This document shows, in pieces, positions 39,137 through 51,140 of a DNA stretch of 64,000 nucleotides. The stretch is taken from positions 144,834,001-144,898,000 of the forward strand of contig CM059431.1 in the NCBI GenBank assembly GCA_030390025.1. Direction: 5' to 3'. Origin of the DNA: Squalus acanthias. Its lineage: Eukaryota. The notes below the pieces were generated by a model that saw only the letters and a program-made list of their open reading frames with translations, ran no database searches and had not been told where the DNA came from. Position 1 is the stretch's first letter; every line of letters starts with the position of its first letter. Position numbers and translations under genes: made by a program.

Positions 39137-41345
39137 CCCTATCTTTGGATTTTATGCTGTCTCTAATTTCCCCTGTTATCCACGGTTGAGTCACCTTTTT
39201 AGATTTCCTTTTATGCCAGATTGGTATAAACAATTTTTGCAATTTTGTCATTCTATCTTTAAATGCTTGCCATTGTTTATCTACCTCCAGTCCTCCCAGG
39301 AACGTTGTCCAATCAGACCTACTCAGTTCCCGTCTAATGGCATCATAATTCCCGTTGTTTAAATTCAGGACCTTAGTCTCTGAGTCAATTTCTTCGCTCT
39401 CCATTTCGAGTGAGAAATCGATCATGTTATGATCGCTCTGACCCAAGGGTCCCCGTACAACAAGATTACTAATTAGTCCCTTCTCATTGCACAGTACCCA
39501 GTCCAATATAGCCTGTTCCCGAGTTGGTTCCTCGACATATTGATCCAGATAACCATCCCTTAAACACTCAAGGAATTCCTCCTCCTCATTATTTTTACTG
39601 ATTAGGCTAGTCCAATCTATATGTAAGTTAAAGTCACCTATGATGACAGCTGTGCTCTTATTGCACGCTTCTCTAATTTCCCTCGTGATGCCCTCCCCAA
39701 CCTCTATTTTACTATTTGGAGGCCTATATACCACTCCTATTAATGTTTTTCGCCCCTCGCTATTTCTTAGCTCCACCCATATAGATTCTGTATTAACTGA
39801 GTTAATATCCTTCCTTTCAATTGCATTTATCCCCTCTTTTACCAGCAATGCTACCCCTTCTCCCTTTCTTTTTTGTCGATCCTTCCTAAATACTGAATAC
39901 CCCTGTATGTTAAGCTCCCAGCCCTGCTCACCCTGCAACCATGTTTCCGTAATCCCAATTAGATCATAATTATTAACCTCTATTTCCACAGCTAATTCAT
40001 CTACCTTGTTCCTGATGCTTCTCGCATTAAGGTATAAAACCCTCAGGCTTTTTTTATGCTCACATTTTTTATGAATTAGTTTGGCCCTTTGTTTTTTGTT
40101 CCTCACCCTTTTACCATTTATTTCTGTCTGCCTTTCACTTTCCTCTATTTCACTACATAGGTTTCTAGCCCCCTGCCATGCTAGTTTAAATGCTCCCGAA
40201 CTGCTTTATCAAAAATTACCCCGAGAACATCAGTTCCATCTTTGCACAGGTGTAGACCGTCCCTTTTGTATAGGTCACACCTACCACAAAACTGGTTCCA
40301 ATGCCTCAAAAATTTAAAACCCTCCCTCTTACACCACTGCTCAAGCCACGTATTTAGCCTAACTATCCTGTTCTCTGTACTCTTACTAGCACGTGGCACT
40401 GGTAGTAATCCAGAGATTACTACCTTCGAGGTCCTACTTTTTAGCTTGGCTCCTAACTCCCTAAATTCTACTTGTAGGACCTCTTCCCTTTTTTTAGCTA
40501 CATCGTTGGTACCAACATGTATCACGACAACTGGCTGTTCCCCCTCCCCCTCCAGAATGTTCTGCACCCGCGCTGAGACATCCTTGACCCTTGCACCAGG
40601 GAGGCAACATACCATCCTGGAGTCTCGGTCGCGACCACAGAAACCCCTATCTATTCCCCTTACAATCGAATCCCCTATTACTATAGCCCTGCCACTCTTT
40701 TTCCCTCCCTTCTTTGCAACAGAGCCAGTCATGGTGCCATGAGCCTGGCTGCTGGTGCCTTCCCCCGATGAGTCATCCCCCCCCGACAACAGCACCTAAG
40801 GCGGTGAACCTGTTGCTAAGGGAGACAACCCCAGGGGATTTCTGCACTACCTTCCTGCCCTTGCTCTGCCTTTTGGTCACCCATGTACTATCTACGCTGG
40901 CCTTAACCTGCGGTGTGACCAACTCACTAAATGTGCTATCCACAACCCTCTCAGAATCGTGGATGCTCCAAAGTGAGTCCATCCGCAGCTCAAGGGCCGT
41001 AATGCGGTCCCACATGAGCTGCAGCTGGACACACTTCCCGCACACATGGTTGTCAGGGACACAGGAAGCGTCCCTGATTTCCTACATGTTACAGGAGGAG
41101 CATGACACAGGTCCGAGCTCTACTGCCATGACTTAACCCTTATATTACTTTTTAATTTTCTAGTTTTAGTTTATTTATTGACTTTTGTTTTCCCGAAGCT
41201 TACTTAGACCAATGTATACTGTACTCCTCTTATTCCTTTTTAAACTAACCAAATCCCACTAGTTTTAGTTTTACTTTCTAGGAAGGTTTGAGGAAAGTAC
41301 TTACCAGTTAGTCTTACCTCCCTGGTCTTTCGCTGACTTCCCGGT
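39137..41345 (-). mobile_element. CR1-clade LINE (subfamily B), 5' part: 5' UTR, ORF1 and endonuclease region of ORF2
   Basis: ORF 39132-40106 is the APE endonuclease, open back to 40190. ORF1 lies at 40181-41129, with an AT-rich 5' UTR upstream. The exact 5' boundary is uncertain (about 41340-41390). Confidence 0.93.
40181..41129 (-). pseudogene. CR1 ORF1: N-terminal CxxC...CxxC zinc-finger/coiled-coil plus SGNH esterase-like domain; one stop and one frameshift
   Basis: ATG at 41129 reads MAVELGPVSCSSCNM*EIRDASCVPDNHVCGKCVQLQL (TAG at 41082-41084). Frameshift in a G run near 40780. Esterase motifs are IGDSIVRG, HVGTND and DGLHL. Confidence 0.9.
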
Positions 41346-41773
41346 CTTGTGTCCCCTTGGAGTGAGAAGGGGCGCCGGGCGGAACATTTCACCTCACTGG
41401 GTAACTGTATTCTTTATGTTATTTACTGAGTTACCAGAGCGGTCATGCAGTACAAACCTATGTATCTGGCTCTGAAGTTGACAACTGGATTATCGAAAGT
41501 TTAGCACATGCCAAACCTAACCTTCTCGAAACAAACTGCAACATCCATGTGCTGCATAACACAGGCAAAGGTAAACTGATGAACCTCAATCTGAGGAGTT
41601 AAATAATCATGATATGCAACGAAAAAAACCAGAAAATTATCTTGAAAGAAGGGAAGATTATCAAAAAGTACACTTTTAAGTGGAATACTCCTGTCACTAC
41701 ATTTACTGCAATTTAGGAGGCAATAACAGGAACTCTATTATTTAACGTTAGATTGTTAAGTTGCTGATTTATA

Positions 41774-44083
41774 CTGGATCAATATGTCGAGGAACCAACT
41801 CGGGAACAGGCTATATTGGACTGGGTACTGTGCAATGAGAAGGGACTAATTAGTAATCTTGTTGTACGGGGACCTTTGGGTCAGAGCGATCATAACATGA
41901 TCGATTTCTCACTCGAAATGGAGAGCGAAGAAATTGACTCAGAGACTCAGGTCCTGAATTTAAACAAGGGGAATTATGATGCCATTAGACGGGAACTGAG
42001 TAGGTCTGATTGGACAACGTTCCTGGGAGGACTGGAGGTAGATAAACAATGGCAAGCATTTAAAGATAGAATGACAAAATTGCAAAAATTGTTTATACCA
42101 ATCTGGCATAAAAGGAAATCTAAAAAGGTGACTCAACCGTGGATAACAGGGGAAATTAGAGACAGCATAAAATCCAAAGATAGGGCGTATAAAATAGCCA
42201 AAAAACGCGCCAGAGCGGAAGATTGGGAACAGTTTAAGATAGAGCAAAGGAGGGCAAAGGGCTTAATCAAGAAGGGCAAAATAGCTTACGAAAGCAAGCT
42301 GGCGGAAAATATAAAAACTAACTCCAAAAGCTTTTATAAGTATATCAAGAGGAAAAGACTGGTGAAAACCAAAGTTGGTCCATTGCAGTCAGATACGGGG
42401 GAATATATAATGGGAAATAAGGAAATGGCAGACCAACTAAATGCATACTTTGGGTCAGTCTTTACGAAGGAAGACACAAAAAACCTCCCTGGGATATCGG
42501 GAAAAATAGGGACATTGGCAAAGGAGGAACTGACGCAAATCAATATCTCTAAGGATATGGTGTTAAGGAAGCTAAAGGGATTGAAGGCGGACAAATCCCC
42601 AGGGCCTGATAACATGCATCCTAGGGTACTGAAGGAGGTGGCCCTAGAGATAGCGGATGCACTAAGCATGATTTTTCAGAATTCATTAGACTCGGGAACA
42701 GTGCCCATGGATTGGAGGGTAGCTAACGTTACCCCACTATTCAAAAAGGGGGGTAGGGAAAAAGCAGGTAATTACAGACCTGTAAGCCTTACATCAGTTG
42801 TGGGCAAAATGCTGGAGTCCATCATTAAGGATGAAATAGCCGAGCACTTAGCAAATGGGGACAGGATAGGACAGAGTCAACATGGATTTACAAAGGGTAA
42901 ATCGTGCTTGACTAATCTATTGGAATTTTTTGAGGGAGTAACTGGTAAAATAGATGGGGGAGAGCCAGTAGATGTGGTGTACCTGGACTTCCAAAAGGCC
43001 TTCGATAAGGTCCCACATAAAAGATTAGCATGGAAAATTGAAGCTCATGGGATAAAGGGGAAAGTATTGACGTGGATAGAGAACTGGCTGTCAGATAGAA
43101 AACAGAGAGTTGGAATAAACGGCTCATTTTCTGAATGGCTGGCAGTAACAAGTGGGGTACCACAGGGATCTGTCCTGGGTCCCCAGCTGTTCACAATTTA
43201 TATTAATGACCTGGATCAGGGAGTCGAATGCAGCATTTCCAAATTTGCAGACGACACTAAACTAGGAGGGGGGGTGGGCTCAGAGGAGGAGACCAGGAAG
43301 CTCCAGAGCGATTTGGACAGACTGGGTGATTGGGCGGATAAATGGCAGATGCACTATAATGTGGACAAGTGCGAAGTTATCCACCTTGGGTGCAGGAACG
43401 GGAGGGCAAATTATTATTTAAATGGCAATAAATTGGGAGAGGGGGAAGTACAGAGAGACCTGGGTGTTCTTGTACACCAGTCACTGAAGGCGAGCATGCA
43501 GGTGCAACAGGCGGTCAAGAAGGCAAACGGTATGCTGGCCTTCATAGCAAAAGGGTTGGAATACAGGAACAGGGATACCTTGCTGCAGCTGTACAGGGCA
43601 CTGGTGAGACCACACCTCGAGTACTGTGTACAGTTTTGGTCGCCTCATCTGAGGAAAGATGTTCTTGCCATGGAGGGGGTGCAGCGGCGATTCACCAGGC
43701 TGATACCAGGAATGGCGGGATTGACCTATGAGGAGAGACTATGTAGTTTAGGGATGTACACACTGGAGTTTAGAAGATTGAGAGGGGACCTCATAGAAGT
43801 GTATAAAATTCTGACAGGTCTAGACAGATTAGATGCAGAAGGAATGTTTCCCTTGGCGGGTGAGAACAGAACTAGAGGACATAATTTAAGGATAAGGGCT
43901 AAACCATTTAGGACAGAAATGAGGGGGAATTTCTTCACTCAGAGAGTGGTGAACCTGTGGAACTCATTGCCACAGAGGGCAGTGTACGCCAGCTCATTAA
44001 ATATATTTAAGAGGGAATTAGATATATTTCTACAGGCAAAAGGGGTTAAGGGTTACGGAGAGAAGGCGGGGACGGGATACTGA
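41774..44083 (+). CDS. Uninterrupted partial CR1 ORF2 (end of endonuclease plus complete reverse transcriptase), no native start
   Basis: The 755-aa ORF in the track is open 14 codons further upstream. It contains [36 protein letters not shown] and DLG motifs. Confidence 0.9.
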   Translation: MDQYVEEPTREQAILDWVLCNEKGLISNLVVRGPLGQSDHNMIDFSLEMESEEIDSETQVLNLNKGNYDAIRRELSRSDWTTFLGGLEVDKQWQAFKDRMTKLQKLFIPIWHKRKSKKVTQPWITGEIRDSIKSKDRAYKIAKKRARAEDWEQFKIEQRRAKGLIKKGKIAYESKLAENIKTNSKSFYKYIKRKRLVKTKVGPLQSDTGEYIMGNKEMADQLNAYFGSVFTKEDTKNLPGISGKIGTLAKEELTQINISKDMVLRKLKGLKADKSPGPDNMHPRVLKEVALEIADALSMIFQNSLDSGTVPMDWRVANVTPLFKKGGREKAGNYRPVSLTSVVGKMLESIIKDEIAEHLANGDRIGQSQHGFTKGKSCLTNLLEFFEGVTGKIDGGEPVDVVYLDFQKAFDKVPHKRLAWKIEAHGIKGKVLTWIENWLSDRKQRVGINGSFSEWLAVTSGVPQGSVLGPQLFTIYINDLDQGVECSISKFADDTKLGGGVGSEEETRKLQSDLDRLGDWADKWQMHYNVDKCEVIHLGCRNGRANYYLNGNKLGEGEVQRDLGVLVHQSLKASMQVQQAVKKANGMLAFIAKGLEYRNRDTLLQLYRALVRPHLEYCVQFWSPHLRKDVLAMEGVQRRFTRLIPGMAGLTYEERLCSLGMYTLEFRRLRGDLIEVYKILTGLDRLDAEGMFPLAGENRTRGHNLRIRAKPFRTEMRGNFFTQRVVNLWNSLPQRAVYASSLNIFKRELDIFLQAKGVKGYGEKAGTGY

Positions 44084-44170
44084 ATTGAAGGATCAGCCAT
44101 GATCTCATTAAATGGCGGAGCAGGCTCGAAGGGCCGGATGGCCTACTCCTGCTCCTATCTTCTATGTATC
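41774..44170 (+). mobile_element. CR1-clade LINE (subfamily B), 5'-truncated within the endonuclease domain
   Basis: Nearly identical in inverted orientation to 33809-35814 plus 39137-39548. The 3' UTR and short tail end at about 44170. Confidence 0.97.
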
Positions 44171-45096
44171 CTCACAGTTGATAATGGGATAGTCTGTGGT
44201 GCCTGTCCCTACTGTAACAAATCAAAAGCTGGAGACCCAGTTATATGCACTCTATTGAAGTACAAACAGAGGAATTCGGTTGTGTTGTGTTGAACGGGTC
44301 CCTGCACAGCATCAAATACACGGAATCTGCTGTGTTGTGAATCCAAATATTTTCCCACGTCGTGGAGATCCCATTGTTGGAAAGCTGAATTTTATTATCC
44401 TGAAAGATATATGCTGCGAAGAAGATAAATCCTTCATTCACTCCTTTAACCCCTTACTAAGGAATTGGACTGAAGAGGAGGGGCAGACGTGCACTGATAC
44501 CCTGCTGGATTCTGGGAGTTGTAGTCCACCTGTGACAGAGACGCAAACAGAACTGGTGCATTATGGGAGACCGGTACTGGCCTGAGTTTCTTGATTTTGA
44601 AATTTTAGCAAAGTATAAAAATCCGGCTGCTGAAAGAGGTGCAAGATTGTGGTGAAACTACAAGAGACATTTCACACAGATAATTGCTGATAAACTTCTA
44701 GTGTTCAGTTTCCATTCCAATTTTAAATGATTTTTATGAATTTAATGCCTTTATTAATGTATTGTAATGATTTGATATAGTGAGCGATGCGCTCCAGGTG
44801 AACCATTAGCAATAATAAAACAATTGCTATACTTTTCTGATTGATTCTAATTTATCTTAATGTAAATGACCCTTACTTAACTGTTATCGCTAATTGATGA
44901 GAAAGGCCTCGCGGAGGGGTTACGTGAATTTGTGTCTATCTCTGCAGTCTGAGCTCTTCACTGTGAACCCACATCTCCCAAAGTTACTCCAAGATCCCAC
45001 GTCCGCTTCCCACAATCAGTCTCTCCGTTTTCTTAGAGCAGCATTTGTTAAATTTACACCCTACACTGTGACTGACTACGAACAATGACACGGGGA

Positions 45097-46375
45097 TCAT
45101 AGAATCATTGAATCCGAGAATTATACAGTACAGAGGGAGGCCATTAGGCCCATTGTGCCTGTGCCGGCTCTTTGAAAGAGAGAACCAATTAGTCCCACTC
45201 CTCTGCTACTTATTTTATTTTCATTTATTTTACTTCATCTCCCCGCTGGTTTTTGTGCCAATGACCTTAAATCTGTGTCCTCTGGTTACTGAGCAGACTG
45301 CCCCTGGAATAAATTTCGTAGAATTTCCTTTATCAAAACCATTCCTAATTTGTATTCTGTTTGGTGCTCCCTCGAATTATTTACACAACAATTATCTTAA
45401 GCTTCCTTTTTTCTGTTATCAATTTTGAATTCAGTTTTGGCTTGAATTTTGCTAACAGGTCTAGCATGTTGTACTGTGTCAAACGTCTTTTTAAAGTCCA
45501 TGTACACAACATCAACTGCACTATCCTCATCAACCCTCTCAGTTACTTCATGAAAGAACTCGATCAAGTTAGTAAAACATGATTCCCCACTAAAAAATCC
45601 GTCGTGGCTTTCATTGATTAACCCACATTTTCTAAGTGCTAATTAAGTTTCTGTCGGATTACTGTCTCTAAATGTTTCTGCACCAATTTAGGTTGACTGG
45701 CCTGAAGTTGCCAGGTCTATCCCTCTCCCCTTTTTTGAATGGGGGGTAATATTTGTAATCCACTGTTACTCTGGCAGCACTCTGATATTTAAGGACGATT
45801 GGAAGATTTAGTGACTCCAGAGTCTCTGCAATTTCAACCCTTACTTCCCTCAGCTACCGCGGATACAGCCCATTTGGACCAGGTGACATTTCTACTTTGA
45901 GCGCTGCCGATCTTTTAAGCAACTCCTCTTTATTTATGAGTTTCCGATCCAATTTCTCTACTATCGCCTCCTTTACTGTGACATTGGCAGCATTCTTTTC
46001 TTTCGTGAAGGCAAATGCAAAATATTCATTTAATATCTAAGCCATGCCCCCTGCCTGCTCAAGAAAATCTCCTTTTTGCTCTGTAATCGGCCCCATCATT
46101 GAGAGTGCCACACTCCCGGAGGATACCAGCACCACCTGTCTCTTCACACCCTGTCCATGCCCACCAACTTACTATCCTCATGAACTCATTGTGGCTGCGG
46201 GGTGACCACCTCCTGGAATATGTGGTCGAGCAAATTCTCAGCCCTGCACTGACTTCAGCCGCTCCTCAAGCTCAGAAACACTGAGTTTAAGTTCGAGCAG
46301 ATGGAGGCACTTCATGGATACGTGATTATCATGGACAAGTGAAGCGCCCTGGAGTTCCAACATGTCTCAGGAATA
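45097..46375 (-). mobile_element. Old, internally deleted CR1-clade LINE
   Basis: CR1-type 3' end at about 45097-45200 (reverse of GGGCCTAATGGCCTCCCTCTGTACTGTA), degenerate RT at about 45460-46090, and an ORF1 N-terminal remnant at about 46190-46375 (MLELQGASLVHDNHVSMKCLHLLELKLSVSELEE). Confidence 0.75.
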
Positions 46376-47627
46376 TCCACTGTTGTTATCAATGTAAATT
46401 GCAGCTTCTAAATTCAACAGTGACTGAAATCACGATGGAAGCTTAACGAGATTTTGAAAATAAAATACCATTTAAATTAAACGAAAGTTCATAAAATCAA
46501 ATTTAATTTGAAATAAGTGAAATGAAATGAAATTAAATTAATTACATTAAATTAAATGTAGTTTATTATATGGAACTTTAGACATTACAGAATTAATGTG
46601 TGATTTGCATTGCCCTGTGATATTTGTCCAATTTTCTGTGTTCCTTGCTTGAAGAGTTGTAGAGTGAACTGATATCCTGGGGCTGACGGACTGGGTGTTA
46701 GGTTCTACTCCCCTACCTTGTTGGTCCGGCGGAATTCCGGGATTGGGAAAATTACATTTGGTCACTGAGAAAGCCGAAGCTTTCTGACATAGACATTGAT
46801 CAGCGGCAGCATTTCCTGTTCTCAGACACTTAGACGGTGACCTCACTTCCTGCGGACCATTGTGAAGATCGCCACAGTCTAGAGTTGGGGGCTCTTGATG
46901 ACGTAGCGAGTGCTTCAAAAGTGGACCTGGTTTGTCACACTTCTGACACTAACAGCCAATGGGTGCAACGCTCAGGCGATGCTGTGACGTATCACCAATT
47001 ATACTCAGGAGCTCCTGCGTCTTGCGCTCCTTGCAGTTTGTTTGTTCAGCAGCTTTATTATACTCCTTCAGTTGAAGGATTTGTGGACATTAGCTCTGGG
47101 CATTGATTTTCTTAACATTAATATAACATAAGTTGTATTTAATTCCGGCTGAGGTAAAGATCCCTTTACATTCTTCTAGCATTGAATGGAACAAGTGGCA
47201 GATTCCGATGTTACGGACCGCCGTCAGACTTGGGATGGAGCTGTGTAGTCCTTCACTAACAGTCTACAACCACAGAACTCTCTGCACTGTGATACAAACA
47301 CATCCAACGCGATCATCGGGTTCCGACATGTAGATACACGATGGAGAAATTCGCGTGAGTTACACCCCAATTTTTAAGTCTTTCTTTCGAACCGATTATG
47401 CTATACATTTTAAATAAACATTTAAATCTGTTACTGAGTCTAAGTATTTATGAGTGACTAGGTTTCATCTAAAAGAACTATAAACAGACCCACAATCCAA
47501 ATACTGGCACTGCCCAACTGATTCTGACAGTAAAGTGTCTGGAAACAATTGGAGGCTTCTTCAAAAGTGTTTGTATTTTATCAATTACTATTCGGAAAAT
47601 AGGAAACACATCAATAATTCTGTGATT

Positions 47628-47802
47628 TGACTGAACTTTCCTCCGCTTTAGTGAATTATGCCGATTGGCAGCGGCGTATTTTACACCCACCCATATTTTA
47701 TTTTGCATTATAGTCATTGAAAAGGGAAGTTCGGCGGGGTGTATGACTGGCGGACAGTCCGCTCCAGCCTGATTTCCACCCAGGCCGTAATTTAAAATGC
47801 CC
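47628..47802. mobile_element. Degenerate palindromic MITE-like element
   Basis: Imperfect inverted arms TACACCC...TTTGCATT / ATTGAAAA...GGGGTGTA around a CATTATAGTCATTG centre. Confidence 0.4.
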
Positions 47803-48592
47803 TTAGTTTCAGAATATTCAGATTCCACGAATCCCTAATGGACTGATAACTACAGGCATGCAGTAGATGGAAGACACCGAAATAAAAATACAATCCGACT
47901 GGGCGAAAAAAAATGCATGCAAGCCAATCAGTTTAAAATTAATATAAACCAACAGAACAATTAATATCTGCGGCGCCCATTAATTTCAGCAGTTGTGTAA
48001 AGATCGAGCTGTCACAGCGCTGCCTGTTTATATGTGTAACCCAGGATATTGAATAGAACACCGGAAGCAGTCAGAGACAGTCCTCTGACTTTCTTACACA
48101 TCCTGCAGTGTGAACAGTGGATTTACCCAGTTGGAGGGACAGCTTCTCTTCGAAATCTTCTACCTGCAACATATATACTGCAGAATAAATTGGAAAACAG
48201 TTTCAACCGAGGCACTGAAATTAGCGGGCGGATAAAATGCTAGTCAATTAGCTCGAATCCTCATCTGAAGCCGTTGTGCCGAGCTATGCTCTCAAAACCA
48301 GGTCCCCAGTGGTGCTGGATGGAGCTCCGAATACACCGCCTTGCACTGGGGATACCCGTTCAATGCCAGTTGGTAAAAGGGACGAGGTTATACACGGCAT
48401 TGTCTGTGCACCAACACACACAGCGGATTATTCCATGTAAATATCTGAGAGTCCTGATTATTGATCCTTGCCTGAAAAGCCCCGATTATAAATTCTTATT
48501 TCTTACACTGTTTTACCAGGTTACAGGGTCCCTGATTGACAATAATAGCAGTCAGATTCACCATGATACATTTAGTAACAGCAAGTAACAAC

Positions 48593-48598
48593 TTTATT
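48593..48598 (-). terminator. Candidate polyadenylation signal for the GPCR gene
   Basis: AATAAA on the minus strand about 610 nt after the GPCR stop codon, followed by GT-rich sequence. Confidence 0.35.
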
Positions 48599-49204
48599 CA
48601 ATGTTGCTGGACAGATTTCAACTATTTCTCATTAATACAGACGTCAGAAGAAAAGGTAAAACGAGGCAACTCCAGTTAACATTCAAAAAATGGTGAAACA
48701 GCGCAACAATGAGAAGGGGACAGCGGCACCGCTCCTCATTCCCAGGAGAAGGGGTGAAGCGGCCCTTGCAGCTACAATCAGTCCAAGCAACATTTTCACC
48801 AAACCTGCCAGAAAAAGTAACTGGACCGAGAGTTGTAAACGACAAAATCCTTCCCTAAAACTGGTGACTGATCCGGTCAATATATGGTAGAATTGATTAC
48901 AATCCTCACAGGATCAGATATTAAACCCGTTGATCAACTATTATATACCACGGTTAAATTCCACTTCATCACTGACATTGTTCATACTTAAGGGGGAATG
49001 ACGTTGTTTGGGAGGTGTCACTCGGCCAAAGAACTGCGGAACCCCACAGTCCTTGTTGGCGTTAAATGCTACACAGGGCCTCAATTATACTCGTGTGCCT
49101 GTGAGTTTTTACAAGAACAACCCTTATGTACCGGTAAGCAGAGAGAACCCCAGTCTAAGCTGGAACAAGAGCAAGAACGGAATTCTAATGTCCCAACCGA
49201 AGCT

Positions 49205-50614
49205 CTAGTTCGGCTTTGTTTCATGTTTAACCAATCTTAGAATCAGTGTCCAGGGAGATTTCAGCACCTTCTTCAGCTCTTCTCTGAACTTCCTCTGGGT
49301 CGCTGCATATATACACGTGTTCGTACAGGAACTCAAAAGCGTCAGCATGGCTCCGGTTTCAGTGGCGATATAGGCTGGGTTTGTGCGGTCGCCTCGGTAA
49401 TAATTGACATTTGTCATTCTGGTAATTAAAAAATTCACTGCAGATGTCAGCCACAGCAATATAAAACTGCCCGAAATAGCGAAGAGCAAAATGATGGATT
49501 TCCTTCGGCTCTCCATCTCTGGATCGCTCTGATTCTCACTGCTATGACCCCGGAGTCCCCTGCGGGCTCTGCTGGCCATTAAAATACGTCTGACGGTAAA
49601 ACAATTAAACAAGGCCATTAAAGTAAAGGGAAGCCAAACGCGCCATATGGTGTGAAATCAGAGATACGCTTCACCTGGAGGGGAGGGAAAAAAAGCTACA
49701 CTTGACTGACAGCCCCACTGCACCTTGTTAATTATTTGCTGAGATTCATATGCAAACAACACGGGGATGCCCTTTAAAAATATTAGAAACGTGAACGTTG
49801 TTATAACCGCGGCCGCAGTTCTCTCGGTGCAATACTTTGCTTTAAACTTCTGGCAGCAGATAACTACAAATCGGTCAAATGTGAAGGAGACGGTGAACCA
49901 AACAGACAAATCGAAGGTGACAGCATTCATGTATAGATTGAACTTACACACGGGACTGTGGGACAGGAATGAACGTGGAAAGTGATAACTGAAAATATAA
50001 TACACCATTACATTAAAGATCATGACCAGTAGATCTGCTGTTGCCATGGCCACCATGTAGACAGAGATACACTTGGAAAGGCTGCAGTTTCTTCGGGAGA
50101 TCATCACGATTGTCACCAAGTTTGCTGTAAGAGAGAGAGAGGAGAGAAATAAAGTTCTAGTGTCTGATTGAAATATATATGGAGATACTTGTGGAGAGCA
50201 TTTCACTCCATTCAGTGTGATTATCAACACAGAGCAGTGTGAGAACAGGATTAGTATTGGAGCCATTACCTGGGAAACCCACCCACACATTTTAATCAGC
50301 TGCTGCAGAGCTCACTCTGCACGGGGGGACAAGACGGTCAGGAAATCCGCTAAAATCCTTGTGTTGGAGCTTCGAAGAGGATTGTAACATCAGTAATGTT
50401 ATCATACCAATGCAACTGGGAAAGTGCGGACACGCGGTTCACTGTGTCATGCTGACATCTGTAAAACAGTTACCATATCCAACATGCGACATGAACAGTG
50501 AGGCGGTTAACACCGATTAACAAAAAAAGGTTAGAATGGCTCACCGGGGACACCGAAAGCTGCGAGAATCGGGTAGTAAATCTCTTTTATCAGCAGTATA
50601 GCTGGTCGCCCCAT
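49205..50614 (-). pseudogene. GPR139/GPR142-like class A GPCR. Two coding exons (50614-50545 and 50124-49205), 329 codons, with one in-frame TGA at codon 179 (49658-49660)
   Basis: Exon 1 is MGRPAILLIKEIYYPILAAFGVP|gtgag, then a 420-bp phase-1 intron ending in a (CT)-rich tract and ttacag. Exon 2 reads ANLVTIV..MATADLL..TFDRFVVIC..AYL*FHTIWRVWLPF..SIILLFAISGSFILLWL..SCTNTCIYAATQRKFREEL. Seven hydrophobic segments. Track ORFs 49658-50290 and 49205-49618 are in the same frame. Confidence 0.9.
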
Positions 50615-51049
50615 TTCCAGTGAGATTGGATGAATTCTGTAGGAGATGAAAGACTCTGACTGGCGCACGGCTGAGACAATAGAGGGGAAGCTATATTTAT
50701 CCACACATCAATCCTCCAGGGAGTTAATCAAATTAGCTCATAATTGGTATTAGTTCTGTCATTTAACAAATCGACCGAGGTAAGTTTTTTTTTTGTCTGA
50801 TTCGTCGGATTATGAGAAATATGTGAAATTGTTATTCTACAGTTTCAAAAACACGTACAATACAAAAACTCTTTACGAATGGAACTGGAATCACCCAATA
50901 ATGGAGCTGACCGTATTCCAGCAGGACTCGTGGAAGCAGCTAAAATGGCAGTCATCGGTCTGACCCAGCCCTTCACTGACTCCTAGTGCTCCAACACCTC
51001 CAGAACAGGCGCTGAAACAAATCCAGTAATATATGAAACAGTCCTGCAG

Positions 51050-51140
51050 CATTAGAGATGACCATGTTCTTCTGGTAATATTAGCTCCTAAAACTTACAC
51101 TAGACGTGACCCTGCTCCTCCACTACTAGTGACAACCTAC
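51050..51140. repeat. Degenerate ~48-bp tandem repeat, left part
   Basis: ACTTACACTAGA..GACC.TGCTCCTCCACTACTAGTGA.AACCTAC unit, the same as 55518-55965. Confidence 0.7.

Noticed and set aside
39137..44170. Twin-priming inversion of a single LINE
   Set aside because: The two inverted parts overlap in element coordinates, each has its own 3' tail, and about 400 bp of unrelated DNA separates them. They are separate copies.
44171..44600. Possible exon (tttcag acceptor on the minus strand, short Cys-containing ORFs)
   Set aside because: No recognisable homology in any frame and no supporting neighbouring exons.
49658..49660. Selenocysteine recoding of the GPCR TGA
   Set aside because: The position fits Trp (TGG>TGA) rather than Cys, and I could not identify a SECIS element.
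50125..50290. N-terminal 55 aa of the 210-aa track ORF as part of the GPCR
   Set aside because: This is intron read-through. A proper exon 1 with ATG and GT donor lies at 50545-50614.
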